A DNA stretch of 57,801 nucleotides, the filler included, from Dugesia japonica (lineage: Eukaryota), in the NCBI GenBank assembly GCA_001938525.1. It is 5 parts of 5 records of this genome, joined end to end, with 100 filler letters (N's around TTAATTAATTAA, not from the genome) between each part and the next. Parts side by side here need not be neighbours in the genome. Positions count along the whole stretch, not along the records: positions 17,933 to 27,046 come from MQRL01584441.1; positions 27,147 to 37,804 come from MQRL01183985.1; 3 more parts are not named here. One strand, 5' to 3'. The first letter of the stretch is position 1, and every line of letters begins with the position of its first letter. The notes beneath the pieces are model-generated. The model was not told where the DNA came from. It was given only the letters and a program-made list of their open reading frames with translations, and did not search any database. This document shows positions 24,912-36,809 of this stretch, in pieces. The position numbers and the translations under genes were made by a program.

Positions 24912-25223
24912 TTTGCCCGTAGGTCTGTGATTGAATTATCTGTAGATCTTTTGGTTTCAGACACTACAATAATCAGATAATAATCAAATAATAAATAATA
25001 ATCAAATTAGTAGTATAATTTACAATTCATTTCAACATCATTTTTAAATTATATTTTGAATAAGTATTGAAATACAACAGCTATCTCGCTCACATTAACT
25101 AAATTGTCAACCTTAAGATTACTGGTATTATTCACGACAACATGGCCGATGTTATTAATTATTATCACTGTAAATAAACAAGTAACTCTTTCAAAGAAAA
25201 CTATATTACAATGCATAACATAA

Positions 25224-25448
25224 TCACACTATGGTTTCCACACTGTTGTCATCCAGTGGTGTTAACACTTGCTGGAGTATTGTTTCGACTTTGTTGTTCA
25301 GCCGTTCCGATAGTTTAGTATATTCGTCGGCCTCCAACTGCGCTGCCCGCAACGTCCGAATCACCTGCTGCTGTTGCTTGGCGAGCTCCATTGATCGGAT
25401 CAGTAGAGATATCAGCTCTTTCTCTCTTTCCTGCTGACACTTGCTCAT
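25224..25448 (-). CDS. Orphan coiled-coil protein
   Basis: Open 74 aa; its ATG overlaps the TGA of the upstream ORF (ATGA). Confidence 0.45.
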   Translation of the reverse strand: MSKCQQEREKELISLLIRSMELAKQQQQVIRTLRAAQLEADEYTKLSERLNNKVETILQQVLTPLDDNSVETIV

Positions 25449-25747
25449 CTCCTCCAGTTGTGTCTGATGCTGTTGATCCTGTTTCTCACTCGTATTTGGA
25501 GAGTATTTATTCTCTGGACCTGCTCGGAGAACTGCGACCGTTGCCGGAGAATTTCCCGCCGCAATTCTTTTATTTCTATATCTTTAGCCCGTAATTGATC
25601 CTGAGAAATCCACCAAGGATCGTTGTCTGTTCCTTCAGTGCCGACAGAGTCCCAGAACGGTGGCATATTATTGCACGCGCTAGTTTCAAATACATAACCA
25701 GTGGGTTCTAGAGTCTGCATCGCCTCTTGTTTAGTGATTGTTGTCAT
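25445..25747 (-). CDS. Orphan protein with Arg-rich coiled-coil C-terminal half
   Basis: Open 100 aa; ATG directly after a CTAG acceptor-like site; GC-richer than flanks. Confidence 0.45.
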   Translation of the reverse strand: MTTITKQEAMQTLEPTGYVFETSACNNMPPFWDSVGTEGTDNDPWWISQDQLRAKDIEIKELRREILRQRSQFSEQVQRINTLQIRVRNRINSIRHNWRR

Positions 25748-26329
25748 CTAGATTGAAATATACTAGAACCATGTTAACAATAATATATACTACGACATCT
25801 AATTATAATAACAAATTATATTTACACATTATCCTCTGATATCACAGGTATTGATCACCTGTCAGCATGGGTGGACGTGGATCATCAGGTTATTATCAGA
25901 TACCTTTCATTGTTATCATCTCATATCTCCTGGCATTATTCATCAATTATCATATCGTCATCCTTATCAGTAAGCTTAACACTGGTACAATAATTTATGG
26001 ATGACCCATATCCCTCCCGCTGCCAGATGGTCCTCCTGCCATTAACACTAATAGGATCTAATAATAATATCATAACTAATCATTAATATAAATCGAAGTA
26101 ATATTTTCATTAAATTTTTACATCATATTCGTAGTCAATACATTAAACTAAATTAAACTACGTGAAAGAACTCAACCACACCACCACCGATTCCAATTTA
26201 TTACAACTCTTTCATATTTCATCGTTTGTGTAACTCTCATTGTCTGCAATACTCCTCTCGTAAGCATTTATATCTCATTATAAGTCTCGTCTCACACCTC
26301 ACTCTCATAATTTTCATAAACATGAGTTA

Positions 26330-26750
26330 TTTTCAATTGTCATAGTCAACTCTCTCCCATCATAATCTCTCTCAACAATCTTTCATAATTCATAATATCG
26401 CTTTCAACCATCTTTCATAATGCATAATATTATCTTTCATAACGTAATTNNNNNNNNNNNNNNNNNCTTTCAACCATCTTTCATAATGCATAATATTATC
26501 TTTCATAACGTAATTCCTAATTCGTAATAGCTCTTTCAACCATCTTTCATAATTCCTAATGCATAAGACTATCTTTCATAACATGATTCGTAATTCATAA
26601 AATCTCTTGATCACTCGCATGTCTTTCATAATTCATAATTCATAATAATACTCGCATGTCTTTCATAATTCACAAATCATAATAATACTCGCATGTCTTT
26701 CATAATTCCTAATTCATAATATCTCGACCGTATTTCATGATAAAATTCAT
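26330..26750. repeat. Tandem array of TCTTTCATAATTCATAAT-type units
   Basis: Ten or more TCTTTCATAA cores at 20-40 bp spacing, spanning a small gap. Confidence 0.85.
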
Positions 26751-27046
26751 AATGCATGGTGAACAACCTCGTGGATATCTGAATGAGGACGACCATCATT
26801 GCTAGCACGGCTAGACAATGCTGGTCCTCCCTTCAGTCTTCCAAATTATACATTCATTTTATTCTTAAAAGATCAATAAATAAAATTTACTTCTGTTCAC
26901 GAAAATTTTCAAATACTCAAATGTTTAAAATTTGTTAAGAGAAATTTGTGTTTAGTGTTGTTTTAGTGCGCCTTTGATTTCTAAAAGCATTTGCTTATAT
27001 ACTGTATTTTATTTTGACAGTTTCCGTAGGCTGCCACTTGAAAATC

Positions 27047-27146
27047 NNNNNNNNNNNNNNNNNNNNNNNNNNNNNNNNNNNNNNNNNNNNTTAATTAATT
27101 AANNNNNNNNNNNNNNNNNNNNNNNNNNNNNNNNNNNNNNNNNNNN
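27047..27146. other. Artificial contig linker
   Basis: N-TTAATTAATTAA-N, 100 nt. Confidence 0.97.
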
Positions 27147-27401
27147 ATATTACACCAATTACAATCGAATATACTGTACCACTGACCTTGAAAATTTCCT
27201 CCCATCACAATCAAGTATACGTAAACACTTTGACCTTGAAAAAAAATTTCCACCAATCACAATCAAGTATACATAAACACTCTAACCTTGAAAAAATTTT
27301 CCTCCAATCACAATCAAGTATACATAAACACTTTGACCTTGAAAAAATTTGACCTTGAGGAGGGGGGAGGGGGTGTTTATGTGCGCTACTATCTATCTAC
27401 T
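27147..27401. mobile_element. Maverick TIR end with roughly 50-bp tandem repeats
   Basis: ACCTTGAAAAAATTTCCTCCAATCACAATCAAGTATACATAAACAC x3-4, then G-runs and GCGCTACTATCTATCTACT. Confidence 0.7.
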
Positions 27402-27677
27402 GTTTTGTGTTTGCATGTTATGTTGTGCAGGTAATTGACTGTTGTTTGTTATGACTTTTGTTTGTATTGTATGTTGTATCAGTGTGGATTGATTATTGTG
27501 GATGCTGGTTGTCTGAATGTTTTCTCTAAAATAAAGGAATAATTAATTATTGATTTTAAGGTCTGGTTAGTCCTATATAGTGCTACAGGTCATAGTAGCG
27601 TGCTATATAAATAAAAATACATATAGATAATAATATAAACTATTAATAGTGAGTTTTTAAAATTTAACGTAGGGTGC

Positions 27678-28527
27678 TTAGACTAATGTCCATTGGATAT
27701 AATTTGGAATTTGTGGGTTATTGCGACGCCAATAATGCTGCTTCTTCCACCTGTATCGCTTATGCATTTGAATTATCATAACTATAAAACCGAGAAGGAA
27801 AAGTAATGCAATCATTCCCAGTATTGAAAAAGGGTCATATAATATTTTAGGATCAAATGGTTTTACTGTTGTTGTAATCCATAGTTGTAGAATTTTATTT
27901 CGTAATTGTTGATAATCTACTTTTGGATTGTCTCGAGAGTTTTCCTTGAACCACTTTAAATGCTTGTGTTTATATTTAATGTTACTTGTTTTATGACACT
28001 ACTTGGTGATGTATTTATATGTAAGGTGCTTGTTTCTCTTTGCTCTGTATATATCGCCTTGTTTGTTGATATCATATTTATGCTCGTTATTTTCTTTGAT
28101 AAAATTTTCTGATTTGATGCGGTTTTAAACACCTTTGTTATTACAACTGGCTCTTCCTTCTCTACTATCCATTGTACTATGATTTGATACCATGTGTCTG
28201 CTTCCAAACCTTGTAGCTGTATCCGACTTATTTCTCGACCAAATTTCTCCTCTATTGATACGTATAAGCCTGTTTCCATAATTAATTTGTTTCTTCTTCT
28301 TGCTGATACTTGTGTTATGTTTTCTATATCATTGTGTGCAATGAAGGTAATTTTATCTGAATATATTGTTCTGGTCAAGTAATTTTGTCCTTTTCTTGTT
28401 GAGCTGAACTTAGTGTTATTAGAGCGAGTACTGTTAATGTCAAGAGTGGTAGAGTATTCTGTGAACTCGATCGACGATTATACTTATGTTGCTTTTGAGG
28501 TTCAATTTCTGCTTCCGCTATTTTACA
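27678..28527 (-). pseudogene. Signal peptide-FN3-like-S/T stalk-TM protein following the Gypsy integrase
   Basis: Integrase frame continues CKIAEA...HKYNRRSSSQNTLPLLTLTVLALITLSSA|QQEK; after a shift IQLQGLEADTWYQIIVQW (FN3 L-x-x-L-x-x-x-T-x-Y), then a Thr/Ser-rich tract; after another shift ILGMIALLFLLGFIVMII-QMHKRYRWKK...TLV*. Confidence 0.65.
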
Positions 28528-31500
28528 TCAATTTACTGCTACAATTATTGGATCATCATTTTTATTTTCTATCACATGTAGACCGGTTGGAGTTACTTTG
28601 ACTACTTCATATGGAACTTTGTAATGTCTCGCCAATTTATTTGTTAATACTTTCTGTGTAACTGGTATTTTTATTCTCACTTTATCTCCAATTTTGAAAT
28701 TATGCTCCTTGGCATTTTTATCATATTGATCTTTGTATTGTTCTTGTTCGAATTTCACTTTTAAATTTTCATGTTTGTATACTTCTTGCAATCTCTCTTG
28801 AATCTTTGTAACATAATCTGGATTATCCATATATTGCGATACAGCCGGTTCAAATGTTACATCTATCAACATATGGTTTTGTCTTAGATACATCAAGTAA
28901 AAATATAAATATCCTGTAGCCTCATTTTCGGTTGTATTATGTATGAATAACTTGGGTTTGATAAAGAGATCACAATCATTTTGATGTTTATTTACGAAAA
29001 CTGCCAATCTATTACATAATATACTGTTAAATCTTTCTACTAATCCATCTGTTTGTGGATGATAGGTCGTTGTATTTATTTTCTTGATATCAAACATACT
29101 TGTTACTTGTTGTATGACTTCATTGAGAAAACTTTTCCCTTTGTCTGATGATAGTTTTTTTCGCGCTCCATATTTGTAAATAATTTTCTCAACTAATAAT
29201 CTTGCTACTGTTTCTGCTGCTTCATCTTTTGTAGGAAATGCTTCTGCAAACTTTGTGAAGTAATTGTTGAATACTAATATGTGTTTATTACCTTTTATGG
29301 TTGTTGGTAATTTGCATGGGAAATCCATTGCGCATGTTTCCATTGGTGAGCTGGGTCTTGGCATGGGCTGCAATGGAACTTTAGTTTTTGTTCCTGTATT
29401 CTTTCTTGTATCACAAACACTATATGCTTGACACCATTTTCTCGCATCATCTTTAATATTGTGCCTATAATACTTTTGCAACAATCTCGACGTGGTTTTT
29501 CTACTTGACAAGTGTTCTCCAAGTGCTCCATCATGGTATTGTAATAGTAATAACTGTTTTAGAGAGTCTGGCTCAATCATTAGATTTTTTCCTAGGTTAT
29601 TGTACATGAGCAGACTTTTATACATTTTATATTTAGTATTCTTTTCTTGAATCATCATCTTTTTAATTTCTTGTATTTTTATCTTTATTTTGTTCTTATA
29701 AAAATGTTTTTGGATTTGTTCAAGTTACAATTGACATAATTTCTAATACATTTATTTCTGAAATTCTGAACAATGAATCTGCATTTCTATTAGCTTTTTC
29801 TGGTTTGTATATAATACGTATGCTCATATCTTGAATTTTCATCGCCCATTTGAGTATTCTACTGGATGCAACCTTATTTTTCCACAAACCTTCTAGTGAT
29901 TTATGATCCGTTCGTATAATTATTTCAGTTCCATATATAAATGGTCTAAACTGCTTTAACGCAAATATGATAGCTAAACATTCCTTTTCGATAATTTAGT
30001 ATCTTGTTTCCGCTGCTTTTAACATTCTTCTTGCATATGCGATGACATAGTCTTTATTTTTCTCGTCTTCTTGCCCGAGTACTGCCCCCATGGCATATTC
30101 GCTTGCATCTGTCATTACTATGAATTGTTTGGTAAAATCTGGGTATCTTAGTATTAGGGTTGTTAACAATCGTTGTTTTAGTGTATTGAAGGCTCCTTGT
30201 TGCTTAGGACCCCATTGAAGTTTTTTGATTTTTCATCTAATTGCTCTACAATCATAACATTTTTGCTTTCACCTTTTGTTTTCACGCCTTTTGTTAATTC
30301 TACTAATGGTGATGCTATCTTTGCAAAGTTTTCTATAAATCTCCGATAATATCTCACTAGACCATTAAATCTTTTTAATTGTTGTACGCATTTTGACACT
30401 GGAAAATCTTGAACTGCTTTCACTTTCTCTGGATTGGGTTCTAATCCTTTTGATGATACAATATGTCCAAGGAATAAAACACTTTCCTTTGCCCATTTAC
30501 ATTTTCTTGGCTTTAATTTGATATTTGCCTTTTTGATTCTGGATAATACATTTTTTATGTTGACTAAATGTTGCTCTAACGATTTGGATGCTATTAATGT
30601 CATATATGTATACCACTACATGTTATACACCTGCTGGTACTGTGTTCATTAATCTTTGGTACGTAGCTGGTGCATTGCATAATCCAAATGATAATCGAAC
30701 AAACTCATATAGTCCACCATCAGTACAAAATGCTGTCTTTATTCGATTCTCTTTCTGTACTGGGATCACATTATAACCTTTATTGGCGTCTAAAATTGCA
30801 AAATACCACGCGTTCATGAGTTTATTGAATTGTTTGTGTATCTTTGGAAATGGATGTGTATCTTTTTTTGTAGCTTCATTAAGTTTTCTGTAATCTATAC
30901 ACATTCGAATTTCTCCATCTTTCTTTTTAACTGGTACTATTGGTGATGCCCCTTGACAAAAAACTATTTTGTATGATTCCATTAGGTTTGTTTTCCTCTA
31001 CTTGTCTTTTTATTTCTGGTTTCAACGCATATGGTGCTACATATGGTTGTTGTTTTAAAAGCCTCGTATCGCATGTGTCAATCATATGTTTTATAATATT
31101 TGTTCCTCCCATATCGAATTCATGCTTGGCAAATGCATCCTCATATTTATCCTATAATTTCTGTAATTGTTGTTTTTGACTCACTGTAATATCTTTGTTC
31201 GTTATCTTTGTTTTCTCATATTACTTAGTTTGTTTGGATTTTATGAGTTCTGTGTCAATTAATTTTCCAATTTTGCTTTGCTGATCTAAAATAAATTCAA
31301 ATAAATCATGACTACTTAACTGACTTGTCATTTTGCTTGTTTTTTTTGCGATCTCACAATGTTGTGATATGGTGTATCTGGATAATTAGGTGAAAATAGT
31401 TTATTCAGTAACTGCATGTTTGTTTTCCTTGGTTGTTTCTCAATTACAATTTCATATATCTCATATCCACTACCGTTTTCAAATAATCTTCCTAATTTTG

Positions 31501-32201
31501 TTCCTTTCTTCAGTGTCATATCGTAATTATTAACGTTTGTTATTCTCATTGGTATTGTACCTTTTTTCGGTTCTACAAATCCATACATTATTGATAAATA
31601 ATGTTTTGATGTTAGTTCGGTTCAAAAATATATGAATCTTTGCTTTGAAATTCTGTGTTAATGGGTATTATACATTCACTACAATGTTCTATCGTTATTA
31701 ATTCTGTTGCAAATACATCATAATATTTAGTTTGTACTAGTAACGGAGTTACCATTTTTAGTGTACTGTCTTGTAAGTCGATGACATAACCCTTTAATCT
31801 TGCAAGAAAATCCATGCTTGAAATGCTATTTTGTGTTCCATTTTCCATTACTCTAAACAATTTCTTATCTGATTGTGACTGTACATTCAATTATTCTTTT
31901 TGTTTTTATTATATGATCTGTAAATGATTTTATACCTTCTGGTTTATAATTTTTATGTTTTGTTTTTGTGACTCTTTTATTATTGAGCTTCTGTATCTGT
32001 TAGTGAAGGTATATTGATTCCGTTTACTATGATGTCTCTTGTTGGTCGATTATTTTCTGAGTCTATAACTACTATTTGATAATTTTTTTGATATTTGTAT
32101 TGTGATTGATCATCTATTTTTATATGTTTTAATTCGATACTTTCATGTTCATATGGTTTATATTCATTATCTGACGACGTGTAATTCTTGTCATTAGTCA
32201 T
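28528..32201 (-). mobile_element. Ty3/Gypsy family A pol (PR-RT-RNase H-INT), disrupted
   Basis: PR IVNGINIPSLTDTEAQ; RT SPIVPVKKKDGEIRMCIDYRKLN, GLYEFVRLSFGLCNAPATYQRLM; RH VMTDASEYAMGAVL; INT HHCC zinc finger, SDKGKSF, YHPQTDGLVERFN. Confidence 0.95.
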
Positions 32202-32253
32202 TTATCTAATTCTTGTTCATCATTCATGTTTACTGTGTTTCTTTAGATTTTTT

Positions 32254-34005
32254 TTAACTATGGTTTTGCACAATCACATGTTTTGCGATGAATAAACAGA
32301 AAGATGCTCCTAATTTCCAAGTGTAACCAAAACCTGCATGTAATTATCTTAAAGAAAGAAGTTGATGATCCGTTAATTTTAAGAATCTTAATACATACCA
32401 CCCAAATAAAATACATGAGAATATTACATTAACCATTACATTCGCTCCAAGAATCTATCTTAAAAATGACGCATTGTCCTTTTAAAATGATCTACGTGCA
32501 ATAGTGACTCAAAATTTACATCATTTCCAGTACTCCCTTTTACTACTTTGTCAACCATTATGGATATTATCTTTTCTCTTTGTATTGGGAAAAGCATATG
32601 TTTACTTACTTTCTCAATATTATTGATAGTGTGAATTCCAAGATTTTTCATGTTGTCAATTCTCTCCATTTCGGTTGTTCTCTGAGTTTTATCATTTCCA
32701 TTATGAAGGGAATTGGTGCTGTCTTTCTATTTGATACTGTTATCCATACTTTGTCCGTATTTTATACATAGGTTCAAGAACGTTACTACACTTTCCAATT
32801 ACATTTGGTTGATAATGTTTATCTGTTAATATTCTTGCTATTGCGAGTAAAAATACCTTTTCTCCTTTATAGATTACTGGTAATTCATTAGTGCATTTCT
32901 CATAATCTGGGAGAGTAACTGCTACTGGTTTGCATCTAAAACTTACCAAAGTTTCTCCCACTATTCTTTCAAATGTACCTTTTCTTCGAGCAAGAGTGCT
33001 ACAACCAAATCAGGTTTTGTGACTTCCATTGCCATTTTTGTTCTTAACAATTCTCGGTAAATTTTACATTCTTTCATGACGGTTTCCTGATATTTTCTGT
33101 CTATTTGTCTTAATATTTCATGATATAGGAAATCAATTTTGTTGTTTAAGTAGGCAGCTATTTTCACATTTAATTTATCTACTTCTGGTCTGGCATCTTT
33201 AATTTCCGTTGTTGATAAATATAGACCATTGTAATTGGTTATTTTTACCGCCACGCCACATTTGGTGTCTACTCCTTTTCCAATAAATCTTAGCGCTTCT
33301 TGTGTTGAAATTGATATATATATATATATATATTTGGTGTTGCCTTTTCATTGATTACTGTTGTTTTCCTTTTTTTATCTCGAATATTAGGTGGCTTATC
33401 CTTTGGTTGAGTTCCATTAATTTCTTTCATTGCCACTGTTCTTAATTTTGTGAGTGTACATTCAAACGGATTTATTTTGTATGTGATCATGGACTCTCCG
33501 GTATCAAAATTTGTATCTTTTGAGCTACAAAATGGATATGTCATCATCTTTCCAGTACCAGCGTCGAATGTTGCTTTTATTTTCTTTAATTCGACATGAT
33601 ATCAGTTTTTACTTGTCATCATATTTTATAGCTTCCTCCTCCACAATATCCAATTGCTGTGAACAATCCTACGATGTCTACTTTTTGTTTCACTATTGTA
33701 CCTACTTTTACTTGTAACTCATTACCATGTACTTTTAGCGTTTTTGTTTTAAATGCCTTTTCACAATCACTTGCATCTATTATTACTATGTCTGGAGACC
33801 AAGCTGGTATTAGTGGTATTATTTGTGTACTATCACAATATGATACTTATTCTTTAAACTTTACACTACATTCATATGCAACTGCGTGTAAAAAATCAGA
33901 TTCTTGATACAAATGAATAATTGTTGGATTTGATATTTTCATTTTTGTAGGATGCGCTTCTGGAAAATTATCTACATCTAATAGTGAATATTTTTTTGCC
34001 CCATT
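32254..34005 (-). pseudogene. env-like glycoprotein, chuvirus G / class III fusogen type, disrupted
   Basis: YSLLDVD, HLYQES...AYECSV...SYC, YLNNKIDFLY, ECKIYRELL...PDL, GETLVSFRCKPVAV...CTNELPV...RIL...C...PMYKI, TM NVIFSCILFGWYVL, LHAGFGYTWKL follow the motif order I recall for chuviral glycoproteins. Confidence 0.78.
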
Positions 34006-34029
34006 TTAGAGTATTCCTCTTGATTTGAT

Positions 34030-36807
34030 AGGGTCTCTCATAAAACTCTTGATTCTTGTTTCAGCTTTCACTAAGACCATATCACTGACTCCAATTGTCT
34101 TTTGGTTAGTATATCTTCATCTTGCTCTTTGTGCACTCTTTGAGCATTTGCTTCGCACACTTTTCTATGCTTATTTTCTTCCCAAATACGATTTCAACAG
34201 GGCTTTTCCCGATAGTATTCTGTTTTGTAGCATTCAAGGTAAATTCTATCTCTGGCAATACATTCGCATAATCCGAGGTTTTTCTTTCTTCAAGTTTCGC
34301 ATTTATCATATCTGGCATAGTTATAAACTGTCTTTCAATTTGGCCATTTGTGTTATGATGATATGGACTCAAAACCCTGAGGGTAATTCCATGTCTAGCT
34401 GCAAAATATTTCATTGATTTAGAATCATATGCTCTTCCACAATCAACTCGAATTTCTCTCGGACACCCGAACTTTAATATCTACTTCTCCATAATTGCTT
34501 TCGGTTTTGTATCTTCATCTTGTCTTGTCATTGCAACCAAGGCTACATATTTACTGCATTCTTGCTGGTTGTCTCATTTTTGTTTCTTCCTTTGTTTTGT
34601 TTGGTTTTCTGGCATGTTATACAGCTTCGAACAACCCCTTGTACTTTGCTCCACAAATGTTCCCCTTTATATTTACATTTGTATAAAAATACATTATATA
34701 TATTTTATCTTATTTTAATTTATCCGAAATTTTATTAACGTCAAATTTAAAAATACATTAGATATATTTTGTCTTATTTTAATTTATCCACAGTTTATTA
34801 AATTTCCAATTAAAAAATACATTATATATATTTTATCTTATTTTTTTATTTAAATATTTAAACAAACTGATACATTAAAAATATTTGTTAAAATACATCA
34901 TATATATTTTGTCTTATTTTCTTATTTAAATATTTAAAAAACTGATTTCAATAAATTCTAACTCAAAATACAAAAAATTAAATCTGCTTTTAAAAAATAC
35001 CTTTCGTGATCCATATGCAATTAATTTTTCTTGTCCATTGTTGTCAATTTGAGACAGTTCTACACCAATCGTGTCGAAACTCGCATCCGTGTCAAAAAAA
35101 TTCTCTATTTATATCTGGAAAACATAATATTGAAAACATCATTAGCGCTTCTTTCATTCCATTAAAAACTTCTTCTAATTCGTTCACCCATCCAATTTTC
35201 TTGTTACTTGGTCACTACATAGTTGTTCCAGCAATCTGGCTTTTTTCGAATAATCTTTAATAAACTTGCGATAGCAATTGAAAATTCCCCAAAAGCTTCT
35301 CATCTTCTTAACGCATGTTGGTTTACCAAAGTTCTGAATTGCTTCTATTTTAGTTTGATCGGATTTGACACCTTCTTTACTGAAACCATGTCCAAAAATT
35401 TGATCTCCTTTCGCATGAATTGACATTTCTCCGGGTTAACTCTTAAAACAGCATTCTTAATTTCTGTCAATACTTTACTGACTATATCATAGTATTGCTT
35501 CTTTGTTTCGGTAAATATGAGAATCTCGTCTAGATAAATCATCACTCCTTTTATTTTCCTGATCACTTTATTCATCATTTCCTGGAACGTACCTGGTGCT
35601 GCTGCAATTCCAAAAGGCATTTTACTGAAACAATATTGTCCTTGTTTGGTCGAAAAAGCCTTCTTCTCTTGAGAATTTTCACTGAGTTCTACTTGATATT
35701 ATGCATTTCCCCAGTCAATTGAGCTAAAATACTGTGTACATTCCAAAGCATCCAGCATTTCGTCCACATTTAGCATATAAAAAGATTGTCTTTCTGTTAT
35801 TGCATTGAGCTGTCTAAAGTCTAAGCATAATCATATATCCTTTTTTTCCTTTTTCAAAACGCAGATTAATGGCATATTTCATTGAGAATTACACTTCCAC
35901 ATGATACCGCTATCATACAGATTCTTGGTGGCCTCTTCAATCTTCTCTTCTAAATTCATTAGTTGACGATACAATTTCATGTTGATTGGACCTCCATTAG
36001 TGATTATTTGATGCTTCGTTAAATGTGTGCATCCAATGTCTCATTTTACCACACCCTAAACATTTTGGTGATTTCTTGTCTGGACAAATTCTACTTAAAT
36101 GCCCTTTCTTGTGGCAAGTCCAACATTCAAAGAGTGAACTTTTCAGATACTCTTTTTTTGTATGCCCATAACTCTGGCATGTCCAACACTGTGGTTCTGT
36201 TCTTTTCGTAACTCTTTCGATATTTGGTCTTCTCTCTTCGATACGTTCTCTACGTGTTACACCCACGTAACTCTTTACTACGTTAATAGTTTCTCTTTTT
36301 TCTATTTTTTCCACCAATGATAGTGTTTCTTATATATTTTCTACTTTTTCCAATTTTTGCAAGACTATTTCCTCTTCTGTCTTTTTTACTATCTGCCCAA
36401 AATATTAGCATTTTTGACAAGAGGTTTTCTTTCGTCAGCTCTCCGTTTGCTAAAGATTTATCGACCAAATCTTCCACTTTTTTAAAGAACACCTCAAGTT
36501 TTTCACCACCACGACGATAGCTTACAAGATTCTGAAAATCTTTTATTACATCTCTCTTGCTCTCAAAAGCTAATCGCAATCTCACTTAATATCCGTTCGC
36601 TTTCTTCAATGTTTTTACATATGTTTCCATTAAATCTTCATCAAGCATACATGTTATCATGCGCTACTGATCTTACTTAATAACGATGTTCTTTGCCTCG
36701 AAGTATATTTCACACCGTTTAAAAAACTTCTTTAGATCATTGCTTCTGCAAAATATCTTTGGCAACAATTTCTCTGTGATTGCATCGGTGTTTACCGCTG
36801 CCACCAT
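34030..36807 (-). mobile_element. Ty3/Gypsy family B (gag with CCHC knuckles, RT, partial RH, INT), disrupted
   Basis: gag MVAAVNTDAITEKLLPKIFC, CWTCHKKGHLSRIC; RT MPFGIAAAPGTFQ...YLDEILIF; INT SPYHHNTNGQIERQF. AT-rich repeat insertion at about 34680-35000. Confidence 0.92.
36794..36806 (-). promoter_or_regulatory. Primer-binding site TGGTGGCAGCGGT (tRNA-Leu-like)
   Basis: Complementary to a tRNA 3' end ACCGCUGCCACCA; sits at the 5' end of gag. A decayed copy follows ...AACA at 46057. Confidence 0.7.
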
Positions 36808-36809
36808 TT

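Noticed and set aside
27147-27360. Roughly 50-bp repeats as a possible CRISPR array
   Set aside because: Whole units repeat without spacers and lead into a Maverick-type terminus.
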